Origin: Myxococcota bacterium
Lineage (GTDB): Bacteria; Myxococcota; JACRCW01
Assembly: GCA_040752415.1 (NCBI GenBank)
Contig: JBFMGU010000048.1
Span: 1 to 49,727 of the forward strand
Direction of reading: 5' to 3'
DNA: 49,727 bases
Both the position numbers and the translations under genes were made by a program. This document shows, one piece after another, positions 9,981-19,171 of this stretch. The notes beneath the pieces were generated by a model. The model ran no database searches. It saw only the letters and a list, made by a program, of their open reading frames with translations, and was not told where the DNA came from. Each line of letters begins with the position of its first letter. Within the stretch, counting starts at the first letter, position 1.

Positions 9981-10406
9981 GACTGTCGGTACACGAGCAG
10001 CCAAGGCTGCACCTGGATGCGCCGGGGTGAGGCGTTGGTGGCGCAACAGGGAGTGCAGATTCGGCCCCCCCACCCCGCCGCCCCAGCGGCACCGTTTTCA
10101 CGACGACGGCGGCGGGCCTCCCCCACGGCGTGGGGAGGCGTAGATGTGCCGCGCCGTTTGCTCGCTCTGATCATTGCGCGGCACGGGAACGATGAGGTCT
10201 TGTGCCGCGATTTGACGGAATGAACTCAATGGGCGCGGCACATCTACGCCTCCCCACGCCGTGGGGGAGGCCCGCCGCCGTCGTCGTGAAAACGGTGCCG
10301 CTGGGGCGGCGGGGTGGGGGGGCCGAATCCGCACTCCCTGTTGCGCCACCAACGCCTCACCCGGCGCATCCAGGTGCAGCCTCGGCTGCCGCTGATACCG
10401 ACGGTC
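9981..10406. repeat. Large intergenic inverted repeat (REPIN-like), arms ~9981-10155 and ~10232-10406
   Basis: Arms near-perfect reverse complements over ~160 bp; internal hairpin gcctcccccacggcgtggggaggc in each arm; inward-facing GTAG (10140) / CTAC (10244). Confidence 0.92.
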
Positions 10407-10546
10407 ACCCGACCCGCATCACGTGGGAGGGGAGCGGGAGAGGAAGGCCGCATTGAGCCGAAAAGCGTCCGGGCGCCCCGCCAACTGGAGTGGCATGGGC
10501 GCCCGGGAGAAGAGTTGGACTGTTGCGTTTTCCGACGAGAGCGGGT

Positions 10547-11005
10547 TCAGCGCGTGGTGGTCGACGCCGCGGGAGCGCCCGGCGGTGCGGCCACGGGACG
10601 CGTGACCGGGTTGGTCAGGTTGCGCTGGATGTTGGCGCTGCACTGGCCCAGGTTGCCCACGCAGGCGGGAGCCACGGTGGTGGCCACCGCCACGGCGCCC
10701 AGCGTGCCCGCGGCAAGCGTGGTGGCCACGACGCCAGCGCCGGTCACGGCCACGCGCTCGAAACGCGTGGTGCCGGTCTCGTCGCGGGCGGTGAAGAAGG
10801 CGCGCAGGGCCTTGCCGCGGTTGGCAAAGCCGCAGCGGTGATGGCGTCCCGCGGGCTGCTGCTCGGGGGCGGGGGACGCCTCGTCGGCAGGAGCGGTCTC
10901 CTCCTGCGCGGGCGGGTTCTGGGCCTCGGAGGCGAACACGGGGCCGGTGAACAGGAACGTCACGGAGAGGGTGGCCGCGAGGGCCGGTCGGAGCGTGGTG
11001 GTCAT
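10547..11005 (-). CDS. Hypothetical secreted protein with a Gly/Ala/Val-rich hydrophobic segment
   Basis: Signal peptide MTTTLRPALAATLSVTFLFTGPVFA-SE; Pro/Glu linker; TGAGVVATTLAAGTLGAVAVA segment; GC-typical codon usage. Confidence 0.65.
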   Translation of the reverse strand: MTTTLRPALAATLSVTFLFTGPVFASEAQNPPAQEETAPADEASPAPEQQPAGRHHRCGFANRGKALRAFFTARDETGTTRFERVAVTGAGVVATTLAAGTLGAVAVATTVAPACVGNLGQCSANIQRNLTNPVTRPVAAPPGAPAASTTTR

Positions 11006-11187
11006 GCGCGCGAAGCTAGAGAGCCAGCACAAGCGTGACAATGGGGTTAACAGTTCTTTGCAGAGACGTCACAGACAACGCGTGGGTGGGGAGTCGCGAA
11101 AAGGAAGTCAGAGGGCTACCCGACGACGACGTCAGCACGACTGTCTTGGGGCACGGGCAGGGTTTGTTGAGCTCTCCGAACGGGGGT

Positions 11188-12207
11188 TCAGCGCGAGGAA
11201 TGCGCGCCCATCAGCTTGCGCGCCCGTTCCACGACGTCAGCGCGCCACGCCGCCGGCGCAATCAGCTCCGCCGAGCCACCAAAGGAGATGACCCACGCAA
11301 TCAGCTCGTTGCGACCGCCGGCGCGCACCTTGTAACGCAACCGTCCGTCCTTGAGCCGCTCCTTCTGCTCGCGCGGGTGGAAGGTGCGCTCCTCCACGTA
11401 ACGGACCGCGTCCTTCTCGAAGATGATCTCCACGTCCTCCGGCTTCTCGATCTGCACGCCAAAGGCCTGGAGCGAGTACTCGTCGAGGTTGGCGTGCGGC
11501 ACCTCGAAGGTCTCATCCAGCGTCTCCAGCTCCAGCAGGCGGTGCACCACCAGCGTGCGCACCTCCTCCCGCTCGCCGATCTGCACGAAGACGTAGAGCG
11601 CGTTGTGATGGGCGAAGATGCGCAGCGGGCGGATGACGTAGCTCTTGGGCGCCTTGGCCTCCGCGGACTGGTAGGTCACGCGACAGCAGCGTCGACGCGC
11701 GGTGGCATCCATGAGGTCATCCAGGATGGCGCGCCGGTCCTCGCCCTCGTAGCTCACGAAGTTGCGCAGGTGCGGCGTGAACACCCCCGCCATGCGCTGC
11801 ACCGCCTTGCTGCCGCTCTCCGCCAGCGTGCCGCGCACCTTGGCCAGCACGTTCTGCAGGTCCATGTGCACCGGCGTGCCCATCATGAACTCCAGCACCG
11901 AGGAGGACGCGTACAGCGCCAGCAGCTCCGCGGCGCCAAAGCGCATGTTGCCCACCTCGTCGGCGGCGTCCTTGTCAATGGCCCAGAGCTGGCGTTGGCG
12001 GTGCTTGGGGTCCGGGATGCGACGCAGCGGAAAACCGGCGCGCTCCAGCGCGGAGAGGTCCCGCTCCACGTTGCTCTTGGAGGTGCTGAGCTGCTCCCCC
12101 AGCTCACGCACGGAGTAGCCACCGGCACGACCACTGCGCAGGAGACGCAGCAGGGCCCACTGGCGGGCAAGCTGGTCGGATGCTTCCGGACGGGCAACGC
12201 GAGGCAT
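11188..12207 (-). CDS. HTH-WYL-WCX transcriptional regulator (PafB/PafC/YafY-like)
   Basis: N-terminal wHTH (SVRELGEQLSTSKSNVERDLSALERAGFPL), WYL core (VTYQS...IRPLRI...LYVF...VRTLVVHRL), WCX end (ELIAWVISFGGSAELIAPAAWR). Confidence 0.92.
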   Translation of the reverse strand: MPRVARPEASDQLARQWALLRLLRSGRAGGYSVRELGEQLSTSKSNVERDLSALERAGFPLRRIPDPKHRQRQLWAIDKDAADEVGNMRFGAAELLALYASSSVLEFMMGTPVHMDLQNVLAKVRGTLAESGSKAVQRMAGVFTPHLRNFVSYEGEDRRAILDDLMDATARRRCCRVTYQSAEAKAPKSYVIRPLRIFAHHNALYVFVQIGEREEVRTLVVHRLLELETLDETFEVPHANLDEYSLQAFGVQIEKPEDVEIIFEKDAVRYVEERTFHPREQKERLKDGRLRYKVRAGGRNELIAWVISFGGSAELIAPAAWRADVVERARKLMGAHSSR

Positions 12208-12347
12208 GGGCGCGCGTGTAGCACAAAGGCGCGCGGGTGTGCTCCTCCGACGAGTCGGGCCGCTCCGCTCCCGCAGAGCCTGCGCACAACGGGCGCTTTT
12301 CCCCCGAACGGTGTCGACGGTAAGGGGACCGAAAGGGAGGACGCTTG

Positions 12348-13655
12348 ATGGGCGCGTGCGCATGGGGATTGCTGGTGTTGCTGGCCAGCCAGGCGGCCGA
12401 GCCTCCGTCGTCACCGGCGCCTGCTCCCACCGACGCCGAGGTGGTGGCGGTGCTGCCGGTGCGGGTGCAGGCCGGCGGGCAGTCGCGCTCCCTGGGGGAG
12501 ATCCTGGAGGTGCGCCTGGCGGGACAGCTCTCCGAGCGCAGCGGTTGGCGCGTCATCACCACGCGGGAGCTGGAGGAGGTGGCGCGCGTGGAGGGCATGC
12601 GCCAGCAGGCCGGGTGCAACGACGACGGCTCCTGCCTGGCGGAGCTGGCGGGGGCCATGGGGGCGCGTCGCCTGGTCTCCTCCGACGTGACCGGGGCCGC
12701 GCCGGTGTTGCTGTGGACCGCCGCGCTGGTCGACGTGGGCAGCGGTGAGGTGCTGCAACGTGCGGAGGTGCGCGGCTCCGACAGCAGCGCGTTGTTCGCC
12801 CAGGCCTCCGAGATGGCGCTCACGCTGCTGGGGAAGGCGGACCAGGTCTCCTTGGAGGGAGAGGCCGCGCAGCGACGACTGGGACTGGGCTCCCCGGAAG
12901 CGCTGGCGGAGTTCCGCGCGTTCCGCGTTGCGCACCCGCAGCTGGCCACGCACGAGGCGTTCACGGCGTGGGTCATTGAGCAGAACCGCGAGAGTCGACG
13001 ACTGGCGCTGGTGGGACTGCTGCTGTTGTCGGCGCCGGCGTTGCTGTTCCCGCTCTCGGCGTTCTTCAACATGGTCACCATCCAGCAGACGCTGGAGTTC
13101 CCTCCCACCACGATCCTCCCGTTGGCCTACTGCGCGAGCCTGGCGACGGTGGGGAGCCTGCTGGGCGCGGTGGTCCTTGGCAGCGCGGGCGCCGTGGTGA
13201 CGACGCTGGACGCGCTGGACACCGGTCGCCGCGACGTGGACGTGAAGGGCTGCTGCCGCAAGGACGAGGACATCCTGGACGCGGAGCGGGACGAGCGGCG
13301 GTTCCAGCGTACGCTGGCCCCCATTCCGACGGTGGCGGCGTTGATGGGTGTTGCGGCCGGCGGGTGGGTGCTGCTGCTTTCCCTGCTGGGCTCCGCGGCC
13401 GGCGTGTGGCTGCCGCCGCAGGGCATCACCCTCTCGCCCAACGCGGGCAACGTCGTGGAGGCGTTCCTGCTCCTGGTGCTGGTCACCGCCAACCTCTTCG
13501 CCGTGACCGGCTCGTTGTTGTTGCCCGCGGTGACGTTGGTGGCGTTGGCGGTGCACCTGGTGGGCACGGTGGTGGCGGGCGTGGTGACGTTCGCACTGGC
13601 GCAGCGTCCCCTGGTGGCGGGCCTCTCCGACGACGGGGAGGAGACCACGCCATGA
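12348..13655 (+). CDS. Exported-domain membrane protein, paralog 1 (N-terminal alpha/beta domain with GCxxxxxCLxELAGAMG, C-terminal TM helices)
   Basis: RBS GGGAGG; signal peptide; about four hydrophobic helices; shares NRESR and GCCRxD motifs with the next gene. Confidence 0.8.
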   Translation: MGACAWGLLVLLASQAAEPPSSPAPAPTDAEVVAVLPVRVQAGGQSRSLGEILEVRLAGQLSERSGWRVITTRELEEVARVEGMRQQAGCNDDGSCLAELAGAMGARRLVSSDVTGAAPVLLWTAALVDVGSGEVLQRAEVRGSDSSALFAQASEMALTLLGKADQVSLEGEAAQRRLGLGSPEALAEFRAFRVAHPQLATHEAFTAWVIEQNRESRRLALVGLLLLSAPALLFPLSAFFNMVTIQQTLEFPPTTILPLAYCASLATVGSLLGAVVLGSAGAVVTTLDALDTGRRDVDVKGCCRKDEDILDAERDERRFQRTLAPIPTVAALMGVAAGGWVLLLSLLGSAAGVWLPPQGITLSPNAGNVVEAFLLLVLVTANLFAVTGSLLLPAVTLVALAVHLVGTVVAGVVTFALAQRPLVAGLSDDGEETTP

Positions 13656-14899
13656 CCGCGCTCCTCCTCGCGCTGTTGCTCTCCACGCAGGCTCCCCCCG
13701 CCGAGACGTCGCCACCGGCGCGCAAGAAGGTGCTGGTGATGGGCGTGCGCCAGTCGGCTTCCACGTCGGAGACGGCGCGGGAGGCGGGCCCCGCCGTGGA
13801 GCGTGCGCTGGCCTCCGCCATGGCGCGACACTCCGGGATGCAGGTCTCCGACCGTCAACAGGCCATGGCCCTGCTGGAGTCGGCGGCGCGCGCGCAGCTC
13901 ACGGGGTGCGACGCGGAGTCGTGTCTCGTCGAGATCGCCGACGCGCTGGGCGTGGACTTCCTGGTGACGGCGGTGTTGGACTCCAAGCCCGCGTTGTGGG
14001 TGCTGGAGGTCTCGCTGATCGAGCGGGCCACCGCGCGCGTGCACAAGCGGGCCGGCGTGCGCGTGCGTTCCCTGGAGGCGCTCCTGCTCAGCGTGGACCC
14101 GCTGGTGCGCGAGATGTCGTCGAGCGCGGAGATCTCCCTGGAGGGCGCGGAGGCGCTGGAGCGGCTGCGCACCGACGCGGCGGGCCTGGAAGCGTTGCGC
14201 GCGGCGGTGCGGCGATCACCCGGCACGTCGGTGAGCGAGGCGTGGACGCGGCTCATCGTCGAGCGGAACCGGGAGAGCCGCGCGCTGGCCATGGCGCAAG
14301 CGCTGCTCACCACCACCGGGCTGCTCACCTACTTCGCCTGTGCCAGCGTGGCGGGCGCGGCCATTGCCCTCTACGGGGCGTACCGCAGCCTGTACGTGGA
14401 GCGCCCGGCGCCGTTCCTGCTGCTGGTGGTGGCGTCGTCGCTGGGCGCGGTGGTGATTCCGCCGCTGCTGCTGGCGGGAGCGGGTGCGCTGGCGGTGTGG
14501 GACGCGCTGAACCGTGGGGTGGTGCACGTGGGCCGGGACGGCTGCTGCCGCGACGACTCCCGACTGCGCGCCGCGGAAGCCCCCGCGTGGCGCGACTACC
14601 TTCCCGCGGTGGTGACGGCGTTGTCGTCGGCGTTGGCGTTGGCCGCGCCGGTGGGCTTCGTGACCACGCTGGTGATCAGCACCGCGTTGTTGGTGGCAAC
14701 CCAGGAAAACGTGTTGTCCACGCCGCCACGCGTGCCGGAGCTTCCCCCGTTCCCCGGCCCCATCTGGGTGGGGGACCTGGTGGTGCGCGGACCGCCCGCC
14801 GTGGCGTTGCTGATGGGATTGCCGCTGGTGGCGGGCGGCGCGGCGGTGGCGTTGTGGCTCCTGCTGGATGCGCCCTCACGCATGACGGAGCGGGAGTAG
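13652..14899 (+). CDS. Exported-domain membrane protein, paralog 2
   Basis: ATGA overlap with upstream stop; MTALLLALLLSTQA signal; GCDAESCLVEIADALG, RNRESRALA, GCCRDD motifs. Confidence 0.8.
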   Translation: MTALLLALLLSTQAPPAETSPPARKKVLVMGVRQSASTSETAREAGPAVERALASAMARHSGMQVSDRQQAMALLESAARAQLTGCDAESCLVEIADALGVDFLVTAVLDSKPALWVLEVSLIERATARVHKRAGVRVRSLEALLLSVDPLVREMSSSAEISLEGAEALERLRTDAAGLEALRAAVRRSPGTSVSEAWTRLIVERNRESRALAMAQALLTTTGLLTYFACASVAGAAIALYGAYRSLYVERPAPFLLLVVASSLGAVVIPPLLLAGAGALAVWDALNRGVVHVGRDGCCRDDSRLRAAEAPAWRDYLPAVVTALSSALALAAPVGFVTTLVISTALLVATQENVLSTPPRVPELPPFPGPIWVGDLVVRGPPAVALLMGLPLVAGGAAVALWLLLDAPSRMTERE

Positions 14900-14903
14900 C
14901 GCT

Positions 14904-15620
14904 TCAGTGCGCTTCCATGGCGGCCTGCACGGCGCCCTGCTCCGGCTCGGTGACCTTCCCGTCGAGGATGGAGAGCGCGCGCCGCGCGTGTTTGGTCACC
15001 CGCGGGTCATGTGTGGAGAACAGGAAGGTCACGCCCTTCTCCGCGTTCAGCTTCAGCATGAGGTCGATGATCTGCTGGCTGGTGACGGAGTCCAGGTTGG
15101 CGGTGGGCTCGTCGGCAAGCACCAGGGAGGGCTGGGTCACCAGCGCGCGCGCAATGGCCACGCGTTGCCGCTGTCCGCCGCTGAGCTGGTCGGGGCGGTG
15201 GTGGATCACGTGGCTCAGTCCCACGTCGGCGGCCACCTGCATGGCGCGCTCCCGCAACACCCGCTTGGGCTCCGGGCGGGCCCGCACCTGGCACGGGAAC
15301 TCGACGTTCTCGAGGACATCCAGCACCGGGATGAGGTTGAAGGACTGGAAGATGAAGCCGATCTTGCGGTTGCGGATGTCGGCCAGCGCGTCAAAGTCCG
15401 TCTGGCCCACCTCTTCACCTTCCAGCTTGTAGGAGCCACCGGAGAGCCGGTCCAGGCAGCCAATGATGTTGAGCAGCGTGCTCTTGCCACTGCCGGACGG
15501 CCCGGTGACGACGGTGAACTCGCCCTTCTCCACCGTCATGCTCACGCCCTTGAGCGCGTGCACCACGGTGCCTCCCAGCATGTAGTCCTTGGTGACGTCC
15601 TTGAGCTCAATGAGCGCCAT
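14904..15620 (-). CDS. ABC transporter ATP-binding protein (LolD/MacB-type)
   Basis: GPSGSGKS Walker A, IGFIFQSFNL, LSGGQRQRVAIARAL, LADEPTANLD, STHD. Confidence 0.95.
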   Translation of the reverse strand: MALIELKDVTKDYMLGGTVVHALKGVSMTVEKGEFTVVTGPSGSGKSTLLNIIGCLDRLSGGSYKLEGEEVGQTDFDALADIRNRKIGFIFQSFNLIPVLDVLENVEFPCQVRARPEPKRVLRERAMQVAADVGLSHVIHHRPDQLSGGQRQRVAIARALVTQPSLVLADEPTANLDSVTSQQIIDLMLKLNAEKGVTFLFSTHDPRVTKHARRALSILDGKVTEPEQGAVQAAMEAH

Positions 15621-15632
15621 GATGGTCCTCCC

Positions 15633-17180
15633 TCAGAAATAGGCCCGCATCTCCGCCACCACGCGGCCGCGGAAAGGCAGGGCGTCGTATTCGCCGTAGC
15701 GCTTGCCGTCCACGTCGGCGCCCAGCGGAAGCAGTCCTTCCCAGTCCTCCCCCATCTCATCCTCCAGCTTCCCCAGCGGGTCATTGGAGTGGACCTGGCT
15801 CAGCCGCCCCAGCGACGGCGTGGGGATGAACGCGTACAGCGCCAGGTTGAGCCACTCCTGCGCGTTCCAGGTCACCGAACCGGTGAGCGTGGAGGAAAGG
15901 TCCTCCAGCGCGGTGATGCTGGTCCCCTGGATGGTCCAGTCGTCCAGGATCTTCGGCTTCATGTAGCTCACGATGAGGTAGTGCCGCCGCGCCGGGTCGA
16001 AGCTGAAGCGAAGCGGAAGCTCACTGCCGGTGCCGGTGGTGCCCACCGTACCCGCCACCAGGCCCCGCCGCTGGAACGTGCCCACCCGTTTCTGCAACGT
16101 CACGAAGTCGTCGAACTCGTCGCGGTCATAGCCGTCGGACTGGAACAGGTACTCGACGGAGAGCGTGCTCTCATCCTGGAACATGGTGCGCGTGCCGAAC
16201 AGCAGCCGCGGGTAGAACTGCATGCTGTGCGCCTCGCGCATGGTGGCCAGCTCCTTGCCACTCAGCACGCAGCCGGCCAGGTCGTTCTCACTGCCCACGC
16301 AGGCGCTGTTCACGTACTGGCGGTTGCTGCCCAGCTGCAAGAGCGCCTCCACGTGGAACTCGTAGTCGGTGAAGAAGTAGCGGCTGAAGCTGAACGCGGC
16401 GCGCGGCTTGTTCTCCAACGCGTCGTTGTAGAGGTTGGTGTAGAGCATCCAGACGTTGATGTCGCTGTCGAACAGCAGGGCGTAGAGGCGCGCGGCCACC
16501 GCGTAGTGCGGCTGGTTGTCGCGCGGGTCCGCCACCAGCGTGGGATTGCGCACGTGCTCGGCGGGCGGATAGCCGGGGTACATGAACAGCGCATAGGGGA
16601 TGCCGTTCTGTTGATAGAGCACCTTCGGGGAGATGAGCCCGGAGACCGTGAAGCGCTCGAAGGGCAGGTCCAGCTTGAGCATCCAGGCGCCGGCACGCTG
16701 GAAGTTGGGGTCGGTGGGGTCACGGGGAGGGTTGATGAGGTCGGTGGGGTTGAAGGCCTGGCCGCTGCCCCAGACCACGCGCTTCTTCCCCGCCGTCAAG
16801 GTCAGGTGCTCGAACAGCTCGAGGGTCCCGTACGCCTCCGAGATCACCACGAAGGGCCGGTAGTTGGGGACGTCATGCTCCTTGACGAACTTCAGCCGGC
16901 CGGTGGTGAGGTCGGTGTCCGCGTAGCCGCCGGCGAACGACGCGAACGCCGAGGCGTCGGTGTAGAGGTAGAGCTTCTCATCCAGCCCGCGGAAGCGGAC
17001 CTGGATGTTTCCCTCCGAGAGGCTCTGCATGATGGCCAGGTCCTGCGTGCTGATGAGCGCGTAGTCGCTGGGCATGGTGAGCTGCAGGCGTTCCGAGACG
17101 TAGCCATTGAACGCCGTCTCCGCCCACGCCGGGGCGGGAAGGACCAGCGCCAACAGCAGGGACGCGTGGCGGGGGCGCAT
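15633..17180 (-). CDS. Putative outer-membrane beta-barrel protein of the Lol-like export operon
   Basis: Signal peptide; LTAGKKRVVWGSGQAFNPTDLINP motif typical of this operon's barrel; alternating strand pattern; C-terminal aromatic ...MRAYF. Confidence 0.75.
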   Translation of the reverse strand: MRPRHASLLLALVLPAPAWAETAFNGYVSERLQLTMPSDYALISTQDLAIMQSLSEGNIQVRFRGLDEKLYLYTDASAFASFAGGYADTDLTTGRLKFVKEHDVPNYRPFVVISEAYGTLELFEHLTLTAGKKRVVWGSGQAFNPTDLINPPRDPTDPNFQRAGAWMLKLDLPFERFTVSGLISPKVLYQQNGIPYALFMYPGYPPAEHVRNPTLVADPRDNQPHYAVAARLYALLFDSDINVWMLYTNLYNDALENKPRAAFSFSRYFFTDYEFHVEALLQLGSNRQYVNSACVGSENDLAGCVLSGKELATMREAHSMQFYPRLLFGTRTMFQDESTLSVEYLFQSDGYDRDEFDDFVTLQKRVGTFQRRGLVAGTVGTTGTGSELPLRFSFDPARRHYLIVSYMKPKILDDWTIQGTSITALEDLSSTLTGSVTWNAQEWLNLALYAFIPTPSLGRLSQVHSNDPLGKLEDEMGEDWEGLLPLGADVDGKRYGEYDALPFRGRVVAEMRAYF

Positions 17181-17183
17181 GGC

Positions 17184-17915
17184 TCACTTCCCCAGGTCTT
17201 CCAGCACGAAACGCTGGGCGCTGAAGGAGTCCTTGAGCGTCAGGCTCTCCCACTGCATCTCGCTGAAGCGCTGCGTGGCCAGCTCATTGCGCATCACGAT
17301 CTTGCTGGGGCGCTTGGCCTTGCCAAAGTCCTTCACGTCGGAGAACTGGGCGCTGCGCAGCATCTTGCCGCTGGCCGCGTAGTACTCCGCGCGCACCGGC
17401 TGCGGCTCCGCCTCCTTGCTCATCCACAGCCTGATGGCGTCATAGGCCACCTGCGGGTTCTTCGCCTTCAATTCGAGTTGATAGGTGTTGGGGATGGTGC
17501 TGGGGACCACCTTGGCGGTGTAGTCGGCCTCGTAGTTCACGCGCAGCACGTCGGCGTTGTTGAAGTCACCGCCCATGAAGCTGTCGCGCGAGGCTACGCG
17601 CACGGCGCGCTTGAGGTTGGGCATGTAGAGCCAGAGGTTGTCGCCGTTGCGCAGCATCTCCTGGCCCTTGGCGCTGGAGGGCTCCGAGAAGTACACGCGC
17701 AGCTTCTCCTGGCCCGCCTTCATGACCTTCATCTTGTAGGTGCGCGTGGTGCCATCCTCGCGGTGCGCCACCATCGTCGTCACCGCTTCAAAGTTCTCCG
17801 GGCCCATCACCGCGTCGTAGCGCTTGAGCAGCGTGGCGGCGTCAGGGTCCGCGGCGTGGGCCAGGGGCGCCAGGAGGAGGAGGGACAGCGCCAGCAGGGA
17901 GTGGGGGTGACGCAT
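17184..17915 (-). CDS. Outer-membrane lipoprotein-sorting protein (LolA-like fold)
   Basis: Signal peptide; FSEPSSAKGQEML...LWLYMPNLKRAVRVAS...FMGGDFNNAD motif. Confidence 0.88.
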   Translation of the reverse strand: MRHPHSLLALSLLLLAPLAHAADPDAATLLKRYDAVMGPENFEAVTTMVAHREDGTTRTYKMKVMKAGQEKLRVYFSEPSSAKGQEMLRNGDNLWLYMPNLKRAVRVASRDSFMGGDFNNADVLRVNYEADYTAKVVPSTIPNTYQLELKAKNPQVAYDAIRLWMSKEAEPQPVRAEYYAASGKMLRSAQFSDVKDFGKAKRPSKIVMRNELATQRFSEMQWESLTLKDSFSAQRFVLEDLGK

Positions 17916-17930
17916 GGCTGAGTTCTCCGA

Positions 17931-19160
17931 TCAGAGGGTGCGAAGGGCTTCCACGGGATTCATGAGGCTGGCTTTGCGCGCCGGGTAGAGCGCCGCCAGC
18001 ATGGCGCCCAGCATGGCCACCAGCACCGCCGCCACGGCGACGTTGGGGCTGGCATCCGGACGGATCATCTGCTTGAACATGCTGCCGGGCGGGCTCATCA
18101 GGATGCCGGTGGCAGCGAAGTAGAACGTGATGCTGTATCCAATGGCCGCGCCGAGCAGGCCGCCCACCAGCCCCAGGCTCATGGCCTCCAGCAGGAACAG
18201 CCACATCACCTGACGACGACGCAGCCCCACCGCCAGCATGGTGCCAATCTCCCGCACGCGCTCATAGACACTCATCAGCATGGTGTTGATCACCCCGAAC
18301 ACCACGATGACGAAGAGCACGAAGGACACGCCGCTGAGGATGATCTTGAGGCGGTTGATGGCATCGCGGAAGAAGGGGAGCACGTCATACCAGGGGGAGA
18401 CCTCGTACTCGTCGCCCAGGCGCGCGCGCAGCGTGTCCACCACGACGTTGAGGTCCTTGAGGCTGTCCACCGCCACCGCGTACTCGGTGACGCGGCCCTG
18501 CATCTGCAGCAGCTCCTGCGCATAGGCCAGCGGGACGGAGACGAAGCGCTTGCTCTCCAGCGGCGCGGCGCCGCGGGTGATGCCGGCCACGTTGACATCC
18601 AGCGCGTTGATGCCGCCCTCGCGACCGCTGGCGGTGATGGTCATGGTGTCGCCCACCTTGACGCCGTAGCTCTTGGCCAGCTCCCCGCCCAGCACGCCGC
18701 CGTGGGTGTCCTTCTCCGTGAGATGGGCGCCCTCTCCGCCGGTGCCGATCTCCGCGGGACGCTCCGGGCAGACCTGGAACTCGGTCTTCACGTCGAGGGC
18801 CTGGCCCAGGATCATGGAGGAGCGGCTGCCGTTGTTGATCATGGCGCCAAAGCGGATGCGGCCGGTCACCGCGCGCACCCCCGGCGTGGAGCGGATCTTC
18901 TCGACGAGCTCCCCGCCCTCCGACATGTCCAGCTTCAGCGGCGCGGCCTCGGTGGAATCCATGTAGCCCTTCTTGTGGACCTGCAGCGCGCCGGTGCGAC
19001 CGTTCACCGTCTGCAGGATCATCATCTCCAGCAGCCCGTTGCCGAACGCAGTGGCGAAGATGACCACCGCCACGCCCACGGAGATGGCCGCCAGCGTGAT
19101 GGCGCTGCGACGTCGGTTTCGCGTCAGGGAGCGGAACGCCAGGGGAAGGAGATTGGCCAT
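17931..19160 (-). CDS. ABC transporter permease (LolC/E, FtsX-like)
   Basis: RNRRRSAITL, large periplasmic loop, NTMLMSVYERVREIGTMLAVG, YPARKASLMNPVEAL. Confidence 0.93.
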   Translation of the reverse strand: MANLLPLAFRSLTRNRRRSAITLAAISVGVAVVIFATAFGNGLLEMMILQTVNGRTGALQVHKKGYMDSTEAAPLKLDMSEGGELVEKIRSTPGVRAVTGRIRFGAMINNGSRSSMILGQALDVKTEFQVCPERPAEIGTGGEGAHLTEKDTHGGVLGGELAKSYGVKVGDTMTITASGREGGINALDVNVAGITRGAAPLESKRFVSVPLAYAQELLQMQGRVTEYAVAVDSLKDLNVVVDTLRARLGDEYEVSPWYDVLPFFRDAINRLKIILSGVSFVLFVIVVFGVINTMLMSVYERVREIGTMLAVGLRRRQVMWLFLLEAMSLGLVGGLLGAAIGYSITFYFAATGILMSPPGSMFKQMIRPDASPNVAVAAVLVAMLGAMLAALYPARKASLMNPVEALRTL

Positions 19161-19171
19161 GGCAGCACCTC

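Noticed and set aside
9861..10456. Several short ORFs with duplicated peptide sequence on both strands
   Set aside because: Produced by the inverted repeat; no RBS or coding signal
11188..12207. WYL gene as marker of a known anti-phage island (BREX, CBASS, CRISPR)
   Set aside because: No recognisable nuclease, ATPase, cyclase, methylase or cas gene nearby
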